A stretch of DNA of 64,000 nucleotides. Source: Candidatus Heimdallarchaeota archaeon. Its GTDB lineage: Archaea > Asgardarchaeota > Heimdallarchaeia > JABLTI01. Every line of letters starts with the position of its first letter. Positions within the stretch are counted from its first letter, which is position 1. The stretch lies in contig JABCTZ010000046.1 of the NCBI GenBank assembly GCA_018238155.1, forward strand, positions 192,001-256,000, given 5' to 3'. Made by a program: the position numbers and the translations under genes. Shown here one piece after another: positions 28,996 through 38,219 of the stretch. Under the pieces are notes generated by a model. The model saw nothing but the letters and a program-made list of their open reading frames with translations. It made no database searches and was not told the DNA's origin.

Positions 28996-29763
28996 ATGCA
29001 AGTTGATTCTTTTTTCTCGCAAATGATTCAATATAATACTAAAAACTTTAAACTAGAGAATAAATCTTCAATTAGAAATCTTAGGTGGCTAGATGAATTG
29101 ACTGAATCTTCTGAAAGACAAAACAACGATTTCATTGAAACTATTGATAATGATACAAATGAACCAGTAGATGATAAGCTTGAAATCAAAAACCCAGTTA
29201 AATCTTGGGATGAATTGAAATTTATCCCTAACAAAAAAAGATTTATTATTCTAACAATTGTCATGTCTCTTGTTGAGATTGGTGGATTCTTTATTTTTGC
29301 ATATGCCTTTTATAATTCTGTTGGCGATGGTATGCATGTATTAGGTTTGCTTTTACTCCCACCTCTTTTAGGGGTTCTTATTGCTTACTTTGTTCAAGAT
29401 AAAAAAGAAGCCGTAGGCATTAGTTCTATCAACGCAGTTGCATCTATCATACCTTTTATGATTATTTATTCATTAATTGAAACACTAATCTTTCCAGAGA
29501 GACTTTTTGAAGTGAATATCTATTTCTTTCTATTTCCACTTTTAGGATTGGCATTTCAGGTAACTGCTGCTTACACCATAAGTAGAACTAGAACTCTTTA
29601 TCGTTTATATGGAAATCCCGATATTCCTAGAGAAACTGATGAAGCAATGATTGCTGAATTGAAACAGAGTAGGATTGAAAGAGGTTTGGAATCTCCCCCT
29701 ATTGAAGAGGAAACAGATACTATTGTAAAAGAGAAGATTTCAGAAAAAATAGAGCAAGATTAA
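28996..29763 (+). CDS. Four-TM membrane protein with acidic termini (true start uncertain)
   Basis: Four hydrophobic segments; acidic N- and C-terminal tails. Confidence 0.75.
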   Translation: MQVDSFFSQMIQYNTKNFKLENKSSIRNLRWLDELTESSERQNNDFIETIDNDTNEPVDDKLEIKNPVKSWDELKFIPNKKRFIILTIVMSLVEIGGFFIFAYAFYNSVGDGMHVLGLLLLPPLLGVLIAYFVQDKKEAVGISSINAVASIIPFMIIYSLIETLIFPERLFEVNIYFFLFPLLGLAFQVTAAYTISRTRTLYRLYGNPDIPRETDEAMIAELKQSRIERGLESPPIEEETDTIVKEKISEKIEQD

Positions 29764-29784
29764 TCTTTCCAAAAGAGTAAAATG

Positions 29785-29817
29785 TTGCAAGGGAAATGGG
29801 CTTTATTTCCCAAGCAA
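29785..29817. terminator. Hairpin downstream of 28996..29763
   Basis: TTGC-aa-GGGAAAT-gggcttt-ATTTCCC-aa-GCAA. Confidence 0.45.
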
Positions 29818-29954
29818 ATCTTAACTAATCAAGAGGGATAATTAACTTTCAAATTCTAGAATACCTTAAATGATTTCTATCGGTCAAATCACATCTTAAG
29901 GGGTTCTAACTATTAATATATATATACTCGAAAACAATTAAGTAGTCTGTAAGA

Positions 29955-29991
29955 ACAGTTCAGCAAACTGTTCAGTATTATCTGAACGATT
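29955..29991. promoter_or_regulatory. Palindromic operator copy 1
   Basis: AACTGTTCAG-tattat-CTGAACGATT (29966-29991), with an extra half-site ACAGTTCAG at 29955. Confidence 0.6.
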
Positions 29992-30271
29992 TCTTTCTAT
30001 TCTACTAAAAATAGTTCTTTTACCTGAGGTAGAAATTGAAAAAAAAAACGGTATTCATATCTTTGTTTGATTTAAGGAAATTACAATAAACAAGGAATAA
30101 GAATTTCTAATGGGAGACAGTGTGTGGACTTTTCCAAATCCCTTTACGAATCCTCCATATTAGCTTAGTTCCTATTCAGAGCTTTGATAGATCAAAAAAA
30201 CAAAACTTCTCTAAAGTTTGTTGTTATTTTTATTCAAATTCAAGTAAAACAGTTCCTACACACAGCACGCT

Positions 30272-30298
30272 AACTGTTCAGATAAATTCTGAACGATT
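30272..30298. promoter_or_regulatory. Palindromic operator copy 2
   Basis: AACTGTTCAG-ataaatt-CTGAACGATT; 10+10 bp identical to copy 1; ~85 bp upstream of 30384. Confidence 0.6.
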
Positions 30299-30383
30299 AG
30301 CGAATGATTTTTAATTCAAAAACATCTATTGTTTCATTGAAAAAAACATTTGAGTAGAATTTAAACTTAAAGAGTGAAGAAAA

Positions 30384-31319
30384 ATGCGACCCAGAATTAG
30401 TAGATATTTGATATTTCTATTTATTACAAGTATATTGTTTTTTTCTCAAACCTTTTCTTACGTAGAAAAAGTTCTAGGGCAAACGAATTTAATTGAAGAA
30501 GATGAAAAATTTACCATCTTTGCAGGTAATCTTTACGATTTGGTTATTCCAAAAAAACAGGGTCCATCAGCATTTTTTAATTTCGATTCTTTTGGTCAAA
30601 TAAAACTTAAATTCAATTATATATCAGAATATGAAAGTTCAAATGTTTTTATGAATTCAATAAATAATCTTTATGGGAAAGGTTATTCTTTGGAGCATAT
30701 TGATTGGGATATTTTAGGTACATCAGATGCTTACAAGTCAAGCGTTAATTTTTCCAAAGCAAACCTAGATAGAAATGCCTCTTTACATCTATCATTCACA
30801 GTATTTAACCAAAATTCAACTGTTAATTTCTATGATATTGAATCTTTAAGTCAATCATTTATTGAACTAAATTTAACGAATTGGGATTTTAGTCCTGGTT
30901 CCCGAGGTATTGCACTAAATATCCAAACTCAACTTATGGATTCAAAAGATTATGTTCGTTTAGGACCATACATGGATTTTGAAAATGGATATTATTTGGT
31001 TAAAATAATTAGTGGCGAATATATATTCAAGATAAAGTTTACTCCACAAATAATTATCAAAACACAAAGTGGTGTTGAAGAATTTTACGAATCAATGTTT
31101 TTTGCAAATTATAATATTGGAGCTCTAGAATCTAAACCGGCAGATTTTTGGATTTCTGTACCATATCGAACTGGTATTTCACAAATCATTTTTAGCTTCC
31201 TTTGTTTCTATGAAATCACAACCAATCAAGGAGGTTTTGATTGGTTCAATTTATCTTTAATTATACTTTCAACAATTTGTACAATAATTATATTCAGGAA
31301 AAGGAGAAAGGAGAAATAA
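30384..31319 (+). CDS. Secreted beta-rich surface protein with C-terminal TM anchor
   Basis: Signal peptide; C-terminal GGFDWFNLSLIILSTICTIIIFRKRRK; stop overlaps the next start (TAATG). Confidence 0.8.
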   Translation: MRPRISRYLIFLFITSILFFSQTFSYVEKVLGQTNLIEEDEKFTIFAGNLYDLVIPKKQGPSAFFNFDSFGQIKLKFNYISEYESSNVFMNSINNLYGKGYSLEHIDWDILGTSDAYKSSVNFSKANLDRNASLHLSFTVFNQNSTVNFYDIESLSQSFIELNLTNWDFSPGSRGIALNIQTQLMDSKDYVRLGPYMDFENGYYLVKIISGEYIFKIKFTPQIIIKTQSGVEEFYESMFFANYNIGALESKPADFWISVPYRTGISQIIFSFLCFYEITTNQGGFDWFNLSLIILSTICTIIIFRKRRKEK

Positions 31320-32488
31320 TGATAAATAAAGAAAGCTTTTTCTTATTAAAAAGAAATTATTATAAATTTGTCGCTTTTGTGATAATCATAGGTACTGTTC
31401 TTCTAATCAATACTCAGTTAAGTAATTTCAAAAGTAATGCTATTGGTTTTGTTCCTTTAAATTACCATAGCCAAACTTTTGATCCTATTCTCCCTTTGAA
31501 ATTACAACCGAATTTAAATGAGAATCTAAATAGATTAATTTACAAAATAACTATTGATATTCAGACTAATGCTAGAGATGTTTTTGTTACTGCTCAATTA
31601 ACCTACCAAAATAATGTTAACATTTCCATTGAAAATATAATTTATATTGCAGACATTGAAACAATTTTAGTTGAAAGTAGAACCTCATCTTTCCAAATTT
31701 ATGATAACATAGGAGAACTGTTCTTTGAATGGACTCCAACATCAGATTTCCATTTGCTAAATATTACTTTAAGCAATCCAATTGAGTTCAATGAGTATTA
31801 CACTTTCTCAATCTCATATCTATTAGAAAACGCTATTTTATTCAACCAGGATTTTGAAAATAATTACATATTTCAATGGTCAATTATTAATGATGAGTAT
31901 GTTGATCAATTTGCTGTAATAGTTAATTTACCAGTCATTTTTTCTCTTGGTAATAATTCTATTGTTTCTGCCCTTGATCCAGTAGCTGATTATGTTTCTG
32001 TTGATGAACGCCGATTTGAATGGAGTTATTACAATGTTCTAGTAGATGAAGTTCTTTCTTGGGTTGTTAGATTTCAAACTTTTAAAAAATCGAATATACC
32101 AACTTTAAAAATTCCGGGATATATTTGGGTGTTAATGATTGTGCTGTTTTTCATTGGAGGTATTATTGGAAGTACAGCAGTTTCTCTAATCTACAAATCA
32201 AGAACAGATATGGAACGTAAAGAAATAGTTGAGACCTTGCTTTCTCAACCTGAGAAGGATATTTTGAAAATAATCAAAGATGAAGGAGGAACAACAACTC
32301 AGAGAAGAATTTGTTCACTTGCCGGTTTTTCCAAAGCTAAAGTATCATATTATATAAATGAATTAGATCAAAAAAATATTATCTCTCGAGAACGTTTTGG
32401 TAGAATGAATAGAATTCGTATTATTGATGAAACTTTTGAGAAAGTTTACTTTGATGAAAGGCAAAAGGAAAACGTGGATAAGGACTAA
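31319..32488 (+). CDS. Membrane-tethered winged-HTH transcription regulator with extracellular sensor domain
   Basis: N-terminal hydrophobic segment, ~230-aa beta ectodomain, TM, then LSQPEKDILKII-GGTTTQRRI-GFSKAKVSYYINELDQKNIISRERFGRMNRI. Confidence 0.85.
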   Translation: MINKESFFLLKRNYYKFVAFVIIIGTVLLINTQLSNFKSNAIGFVPLNYHSQTFDPILPLKLQPNLNENLNRLIYKITIDIQTNARDVFVTAQLTYQNNVNISIENIIYIADIETILVESRTSSFQIYDNIGELFFEWTPTSDFHLLNITLSNPIEFNEYYTFSISYLLENAILFNQDFENNYIFQWSIINDEYVDQFAVIVNLPVIFSLGNNSIVSALDPVADYVSVDERRFEWSYYNVLVDEVLSWVVRFQTFKKSNIPTLKIPGYIWVLMIVLFFIGGIIGSTAVSLIYKSRTDMERKEIVETLLSQPEKDILKIIKDEGGTTTQRRICSLAGFSKAKVSYYINELDQKNIISRERFGRMNRIRIIDETFEKVYFDERQKENVDKD

Positions 32489-32563
32489 TTATTCATTTTT
32501 AGTTTAAAATAGATAGAAGTGTACTAATTATTATAACAGATAATTAGTATAGCAATAAATGAA

Positions 32564-35500
32564 ATGTATAGTTCAGCAAAACACCTAAAGCTTGTAATAT
32601 TCTCCTTACTTGTATTTGTATTTGCAAACTCTTTTCTAGGACTACATTCAATTCAAGAAAATGAATTCAATTCAAGTCTTGAAAACTATACGAAAGATAA
32701 TTCGCTCTCTCCCGAAGTAAAATTTGAAATTGGGGAAATATTGGAAAATAATACTTGGGGTTCTCCACTACGAGTAACTTCATCGGACTTTGAACGAGAT
32801 GGTTTTGTTCTTGCACAAGATTATTCAGGCATTTATCATTGTGTTTGGGTTAGAGATTTTTCACCTAATGAATTGTCACTAAGTTATTCTTCAACAAAGG
32901 ATAATTTAAGTATTGAATGGAACTCTGAAATTCACATCCTTCATACACAAGCAGAAATAACAAAATTGGATGTTATATTTGACGAAAACAATACTCTTCA
33001 TTTATCATTTATTGCTGTAAAACAAGAGCTTTATCGTTTATATTACCTCAATAAAGAGGTAAACAATGATACTTGGAGTACTGAACAAATTCTCTATTTT
33101 GATAGCAAACTACAATTAACTAATTTGGAGTCAGCTATTACAAACAATAAAACCATACATTATTTTTGGATTGCAACTGAAAAAAGCTTTGAAGAAAATT
33201 ACAATAGTAGTAGTCTAATTAACTATTTTTCCTTTACTGGTACTGTCACTAATAAAGAACTTGGGGTTCAAAATTTATTCAATTCCTCAAATCCAAAACA
33301 AGTAAGTGTTGTAGTAAAATCAGATGAATCTCTGCAACTAATTTGGACAAATGAATCATCTACAGGAATAGATCATTCAAATTTATTTCTAGTAACTTCA
33401 TTCAACGCAGGAGAAACTTGGGTAGAGGAAATATCTGTTGCCTTGGAAACAAAATTACGGAAATTATTCATAAGTTCAAGTCAAATTACTAATAATTCAT
33501 TCATAGTAGGAATAACAGAAAAGAAACCGTATAAATTAATTTTTCTTGAATATTTCTCTCCAAATGAAACAATAAGCAATACTCCAATACTAATAACTGA
33601 TAATGAAAAAAACGGTTATTTTGGAGGTTTAGTAGAAAATAGAACTAATGGAAATATATTCATTATCTATGAAGAAAAACTAGATACCAGATCTGACTTA
33701 TCATTCCGTCAAAGGAATAATTCTACTAATTCTTGGCAAAATTCTATCAAAATTACTGATAATAGGCATTCTTTAAATCCAATTTTTACTCGAAATAGCT
33801 TTTCTGAAAATGATTTTGGTCTATTAAGCTATCTCGGTAAAAATGAATTAATTTCTAAAAAACTTCTTCTAAATGGAAATTGGACTTCAACAACAAGTAT
33901 CTATCAAACGATGAAATTTAACAGTAAACCCTCATTTGTTATTAATTCAGTAGGAACTACTCATCTTGTTTGGACTCACAGTGGAGTGGATACACATCAA
34001 ATATATTACATGACAAAGGAATTCGAGAAACAGTGGAGATTCAAAGAGAGTTTAAGTGTAAATTGGTGGAAAACAGCGACCAATCCAAGCATAGTTATGG
34101 ATTCAAATGAAAATCTCTTTTGTTTCTTTGTAGCAGATGACAATAATACAAAAGATGATGGAATATTCTATCGATATCTCTTGTACGGACAAGATAACTG
34201 GAGCTCTCCGGAACTAATTAAAATACCTGATGGGGATGCTAGAAAAATTCAACCAAAAGTAATCATTGATTCAGCAGATACAATTCACTTAGTATGGATC
34301 GAAAAAATAACTCTTTTCTCAAATAAAATTGTTTATTCAACAAAAATGACAACTGAAACAAATTTCGCATCAACAATCATACAAGAAAATGATGTTTTTT
34401 GCTATAGTAGAGATTTTGATTTGATCATTGATTCTACAAATATGCTACATTTCGTATATTGTGACATTAACGAAAATGAGAGCCCAAGAACATATAAAAT
34501 TCAATATAGGTATCTTCCTAGTGGAGGAATCTGGTCAGAAATAATGACCATAGACGCAACAAATAAGGACATTTTATTGGAACCAATGATCATTATTGAT
34601 TCAAGTGAAAAGATAACATTAGCTTATTTACGAAGATATTTCATAATTCAATATAAATGGGCAACAGATGTTAGAACTTGGGTGAAAAGTTCACCAAGCT
34701 CAAATTGGGTTCAAAAAGAACCAATTCTCACATATGAAATAATTGATTATCATAATTTCTTTATCATGCCTGATGATACAATTTGCTTTATATATCATTC
34801 AAATTATTTCTCACAAGATGGAAATCCAAGCTACATTAAGGACTATGTTAAATTAATACAAAAAACATCTGGAGAGGATTGGGGAGAAAAGGAATTAGTG
34901 TTTCTAAATCCATTATATGATTCAAAACCTTTGGTACAATTTGATCCTTATACAAAACAATTACAAATTATTGTTATAGAGAAAAAAAGTTTATTTCCTC
35001 ATCTAAACTGGCTAACGAAGCAAAATGATACAGATAGAGACAATTTTGGTGATTACGATGAATTTATCTATAGAACAAATCAAACAATAATCGATAGTGA
35101 TTCTGATGGCTTATCAGATGGATATGAAATGAAAACAAGTTTTACTAACCCATTTTCGTCTGATACAGATTGGGATGGCTTATCAGATGGAGATGAAATG
35201 AATATTTATTTCTCTGATCCTCTTGATATAGACTCAGATCGTGATTTGCTTTCAGATGGAGAAGAAGTATTAATTTGGATGACCAATCCAAATAATATCG
35301 ATACAGATTTCGATGGCATTTACGATTATGATGAGACCTATATTTTCCATACTAATCCAAATTCAAATGATACCGATTCTGATTTAATGCCTGACCTCTG
35401 GGAGATACTCAATGGATTAAATCCATTATATGATGACAGTTTCAAAGATAAAGACTCAGACTTTTTATCGAATTTAGATGAATACCTTTACTATTCTGAT

Positions 35501-35917
35501 CCAAACAATATGGATACGGATTCGGATGGATTATCCGATGGTTTGGAAGTTCACACATATAAAACCAGTCCGATAGCTTTTGATACTGATTTAGATACTT
35601 TGAGTGATAGCGATGAGATACTGATCTATGGTACAAATCCTTTGAGTGAAGATAGCGATTCAGATGGGTATACTGATCGTGAGGAAATAAATAGTGGAAC
35701 AGACCCAAATAATCCCAGAGATAACATAAGATTAGAACAATTGAAGGAAATTCTTCTAGTAACTTTGATTCCAATTGGAATTATCGTTTTAATTACAACT
35801 TTTCTTGAGATAAGATATCGTTATCGCATTAAGCAAGCTGTATCAGAGGAAGCTTTAATTTCACTCGAAGATCAAAAAATACTTGAAAAGCATTTTCAGA
35901 ATGTGAAAGATGATTAG
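32564..35917 (+). CDS. Large surface protein: BNR/sialidase-like beta-propellers, bacterial TSP3 Ca-binding repeats, TM
   Basis: Repeated D-x-x-x-x-HLVW...YY...W blades; SFNAGETW Asp box; about ten DSDxDGLSDGxE...TNP repeats; TM near the C-terminus. Confidence 0.85.
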   Translation: MYSSAKHLKLVIFSLLVFVFANSFLGLHSIQENEFNSSLENYTKDNSLSPEVKFEIGEILENNTWGSPLRVTSSDFERDGFVLAQDYSGIYHCVWVRDFSPNELSLSYSSTKDNLSIEWNSEIHILHTQAEITKLDVIFDENNTLHLSFIAVKQELYRLYYLNKEVNNDTWSTEQILYFDSKLQLTNLESAITNNKTIHYFWIATEKSFEENYNSSSLINYFSFTGTVTNKELGVQNLFNSSNPKQVSVVVKSDESLQLIWTNESSTGIDHSNLFLVTSFNAGETWVEEISVALETKLRKLFISSSQITNNSFIVGITEKKPYKLIFLEYFSPNETISNTPILITDNEKNGYFGGLVENRTNGNIFIIYEEKLDTRSDLSFRQRNNSTNSWQNSIKITDNRHSLNPIFTRNSFSENDFGLLSYLGKNELISKKLLLNGNWTSTTSIYQTMKFNSKPSFVINSVGTTHLVWTHSGVDTHQIYYMTKEFEKQWRFKESLSVNWWKTATNPSIVMDSNENLFCFFVADDNNTKDDGIFYRYLLYGQDNWSSPELIKIPDGDARKIQPKVIIDSADTIHLVWIEKITLFSNKIVYSTKMTTETNFASTIIQENDVFCYSRDFDLIIDSTNMLHFVYCDINENESPRTYKIQYRYLPSGGIWSEIMTIDATNKDILLEPMIIIDSSEKITLAYLRRYFIIQYKWATDVRTWVKSSPSSNWVQKEPILTYEIIDYHNFFIMPDDTICFIYHSNYFSQDGNPSYIKDYVKLIQKTSGEDWGEKELVFLNPLYDSKPLVQFDPYTKQLQIIVIEKKSLFPHLNWLTKQNDTDRDNFGDYDEFIYRTNQTIIDSDSDGLSDGYEMKTSFTNPFSSDTDWDGLSDGDEMNIYFSDPLDIDSDRDLLSDGEEVLIWMTNPNNIDTDFDGIYDYDETYIFHTNPNSNDTDSDLMPDLWEILNGLNPLYDDSFKDKDSDFLSNLDEYLYYSDPNNMDTDSDGLSDGLEVHTYKTSPIAFDTDLDTLSDSDEILIYGTNPLSEDSDSDGYTDREEINSGTDPNNPRDNIRLEQLKEILLVTLIPIGIIVLITTFLEIRYRYRIKQAVSEEALISLEDQKILEKHFQNVKDD
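35020..35725 (+). repeat. Coding TSP3-type tandem repeats (about 23 aa each)
   Basis: Recurrent GAT-T/AC-GAT...GATGG...TCAGATGGA units, all in frame with 32564..35917. Confidence 0.85.
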
Positions 35918-36084
35918 ACTGTATCTTTACCGTAATCGAAAGTATAATTAATATCTTCTATCAATCACTATTTGGAAAGAAATTATTTCAAATACATTGA
36001 AGTTCTTTAGTAAAACCTTAAAGAGAATTCTTCTTTTCAGAGATAATTCTTATTGAATGTAACAGATTGAGAAGGTAATAATCA

Positions 36085-36903
36085 TTGATACACAAGATAA
36101 TAGTAATTGACCAAAGAACAACTGTAGGTCAGATTCTTTTCGATGATGGGTTAGTATTACTTGAAACTGATTTGTTAACAGGATTTATTTCAGCATTAAG
36201 TGCATTCGCACAATGTTTAGGAGAACAATCTGTCGAATTTAAAGGCGCAGACTTAGGAGACAATCGATTTTCTCTTATCTCTCGAGATCATCTAACATAT
36301 GCAGTTTTTCAAGATTTATTTGATAATGAACCTTTTGCGCGGTTAACTCTTAAAGAAATAATTGATATTTATCATGATGAATTAATGGAAACCAATCTCT
36401 CCATGGAATCAATTCGTAGTTCAATTACAAAAGAGATTACTACTCTAATTGAAACTGAATACTTTCCTATCAGTATTTTGGAGACAATCAATGAAGACAT
36501 TAATGAAATAATAAAACATTCTCCTATCAATTTTGATTTAATGTTTCTTTCTAGTATTACTAACGGAATAATACATGTGTGGAGGCGTCCTATTAACCCA
36601 TCAATTATGAAACAATTTTTGGATGTAATCTCAAAAATTCCATTAGAAATGAGCTGGATTGCAGAAGGAAAAATTCCTAAAAATGGTTCAACAGAAGACG
36701 ATGAAGATAATTCAAATTTAGAAGCTTGGATGATCAAACGCGTTAGTCAAACAAATTTCTTCATTGCAGGTAGAGCGATTGCTAAGGATAATGAAATGAA
36801 AGATGGTTGCTCACAAAAAATAACAAGTATATTTGAAAATATTTCAGGTCTAATCGAAAATTCTCTTGAAAAAGAATGGATTCGAATCGCCAAATATCAG
36901 TAA
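36085..36903 (+). CDS. Longin-like domain protein, possibly tandem longin/roadblock-type domains
   Basis: N-terminal IIVID...GQILF, DLLTGFISALSAFAQCL helix, then beta-hairpin and helix; second unit LMFLSSITNGIIHVW. Confidence 0.55.
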   Translation: MIHKIIVIDQRTTVGQILFDDGLVLLETDLLTGFISALSAFAQCLGEQSVEFKGADLGDNRFSLISRDHLTYAVFQDLFDNEPFARLTLKEIIDIYHDELMETNLSMESIRSSITKEITTLIETEYFPISILETINEDINEIIKHSPINFDLMFLSSITNGIIHVWRRPINPSIMKQFLDVISKIPLEMSWIAEGKIPKNGSTEDDEDNSNLEAWMIKRVSQTNFFIAGRAIAKDNEMKDGCSQKITSIFENISGLIENSLEKEWIRIAKYQ

Positions 36904-37034
36904 TTCTAGCATTTTCCCTTTAATGAGAAAGTTTTAAGTAAATGTCTTACTACTTTTTTTATAGTATAATTATTTGGATTCAAAACAATTTGTCATTACA
37001 TTCTAAAATGAATCTAATATAGGAAGAATGTGAA

Positions 37035-37766
37035 ATGGATAAAGCTAAAGATGCACAAAAACTAATTCAAAATGGACTAGATGCTTTAAGTAAAAATAAG
37101 AATGAAAAAGCATTGGAGCTTTTTATTCAAGCATTAAAAATTGAGCCGAAAAATACCATGGCTTGGAACAATAAAGGTGTTGCCTTAAGGAAATTAGGCA
37201 AGATCGAGGAAGCCATTAACTGTTATGATACAGCTCTAAGCATTAGTCCGGATTCATCTCAAACATTGGTCAATAAAGCTCGAGCTTTAAAAATACTCAA
37301 AAAATTTGATTTGGCATTATTCACTTATGAAGATATTTTGGAACTCGACCCTGAACATCAGGAAGCTAAAGAAGAACGAGAACGTGTAAGAAGTCTACTT
37401 GCAAAACGTGCACAAATAGCGTCTAAAGGAGAAAATATAACTCAAATAGAAAAAGAAGAAAAAGAGTTATTTGAAGAAAGAAAAAAGGATTTGATAGAAT
37501 TCCTAGAGGAGTCTCAAATAAGTATTAATGATTCTGTCCAAAGAATAAAGGAAATGTTTACTCATGGAATCAAAGAAGAAGCTTTAGATCAAAGAGAAAA
37601 AATAACTCGAGCAATTGTCTCATTCAACGATCAAATTACAGACAGGGTTAAAGTTGTTACAGAAGAATTCTCTACATTGAACTTTGAGAAAGAATGTCAA
37701 GAAAGTTTAATTATTTGGCACTCTTTTAAGGATAAAAAACTAGGTGAATTAGAAAAAATGAACTAG
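37035..37766 (+). CDS. TPR protein with C-terminal helical/coiled-coil region
   Basis: AWNNKGVALRKLGKIEEAINCYDTAL and flanking TPRs. Confidence 0.88.
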   Translation: MDKAKDAQKLIQNGLDALSKNKNEKALELFIQALKIEPKNTMAWNNKGVALRKLGKIEEAINCYDTALSISPDSSQTLVNKARALKILKKFDLALFTYEDILELDPEHQEAKEERERVRSLLAKRAQIASKGENITQIEKEEKELFEERKKDLIEFLEESQISINDSVQRIKEMFTHGIKEEALDQREKITRAIVSFNDQITDRVKVVTEEFSTLNFEKECQESLIIWHSFKDKKLGELEKMN

Positions 37767-38002
37767 AAGCAGCAGCTTTTCTATTAGTTTTGGTTCTATT
37801 TTCTTATTTTCCCAATTGCTTTCAGCAGTGCGTTTATAGTACGAACATACATACGTGTGTGATATGGTGGTAATAAGAATGAATTACCCTTTTTTAAATA
37901 GTGTAATAGCAGAAGGATATCTACGAATATATCCTTTGGCTAATGCAAAATCGAGGTGCGTATTAGTGTCGGGATGTGTTTGACCGAGGTGAACAAGGTT
38001 TG

Positions 38003-38149
38003 ATGAGACTATTAACAGTACATGTACCCGATGGATTTTTGGAAGGACTAGATGAATTAGTTAGAAACAAACGATATGCAAATCGTAGTGAAATTATTAG
38101 AATCGCTATACGCGATCTTTTAAGAGATGAATTGTGGGAACAGAGATAA
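38003..38149 (+). CDS. Ribbon-helix-helix regulator, CdrS/CopG-like (not in ORF track)
   Basis: MRLLTVHVPDGFLEGLDELVRNKRYANRSEIIRIAIRDLLRDELWEQR; SD GAGGTGA at 37986; in-frame TTG at 38000. Confidence 0.88.
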   Translation: MRLLTVHVPDGFLEGLDELVRNKRYANRSEIIRIAIRDLLRDELWEQR

Positions 38150-38219
38150 TCATTCTCACCCATTCATTATCTTATTTCTTTTCTTTTTAGTTTTCCGTTT
38201 TTATTTCTTAGTAGTTATT

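Noticed and set aside
30120-30314. 64-aa ORF in the regulator's upstream region
   Set aside because: No recognisable features and it overlaps the operator palindrome; probably non-coding
35020-35725. Periodic DNA repeats that might suggest a CRISPR array
   Set aside because: Degenerate, in-frame, and encode TSP3 Ca-binding repeats; no identical repeats with unique spacers and no cas genes
37963-38163. Minus-strand 66-aa ORF
   Set aside because: Shadow of the real + strand RHH gene 38003..38149
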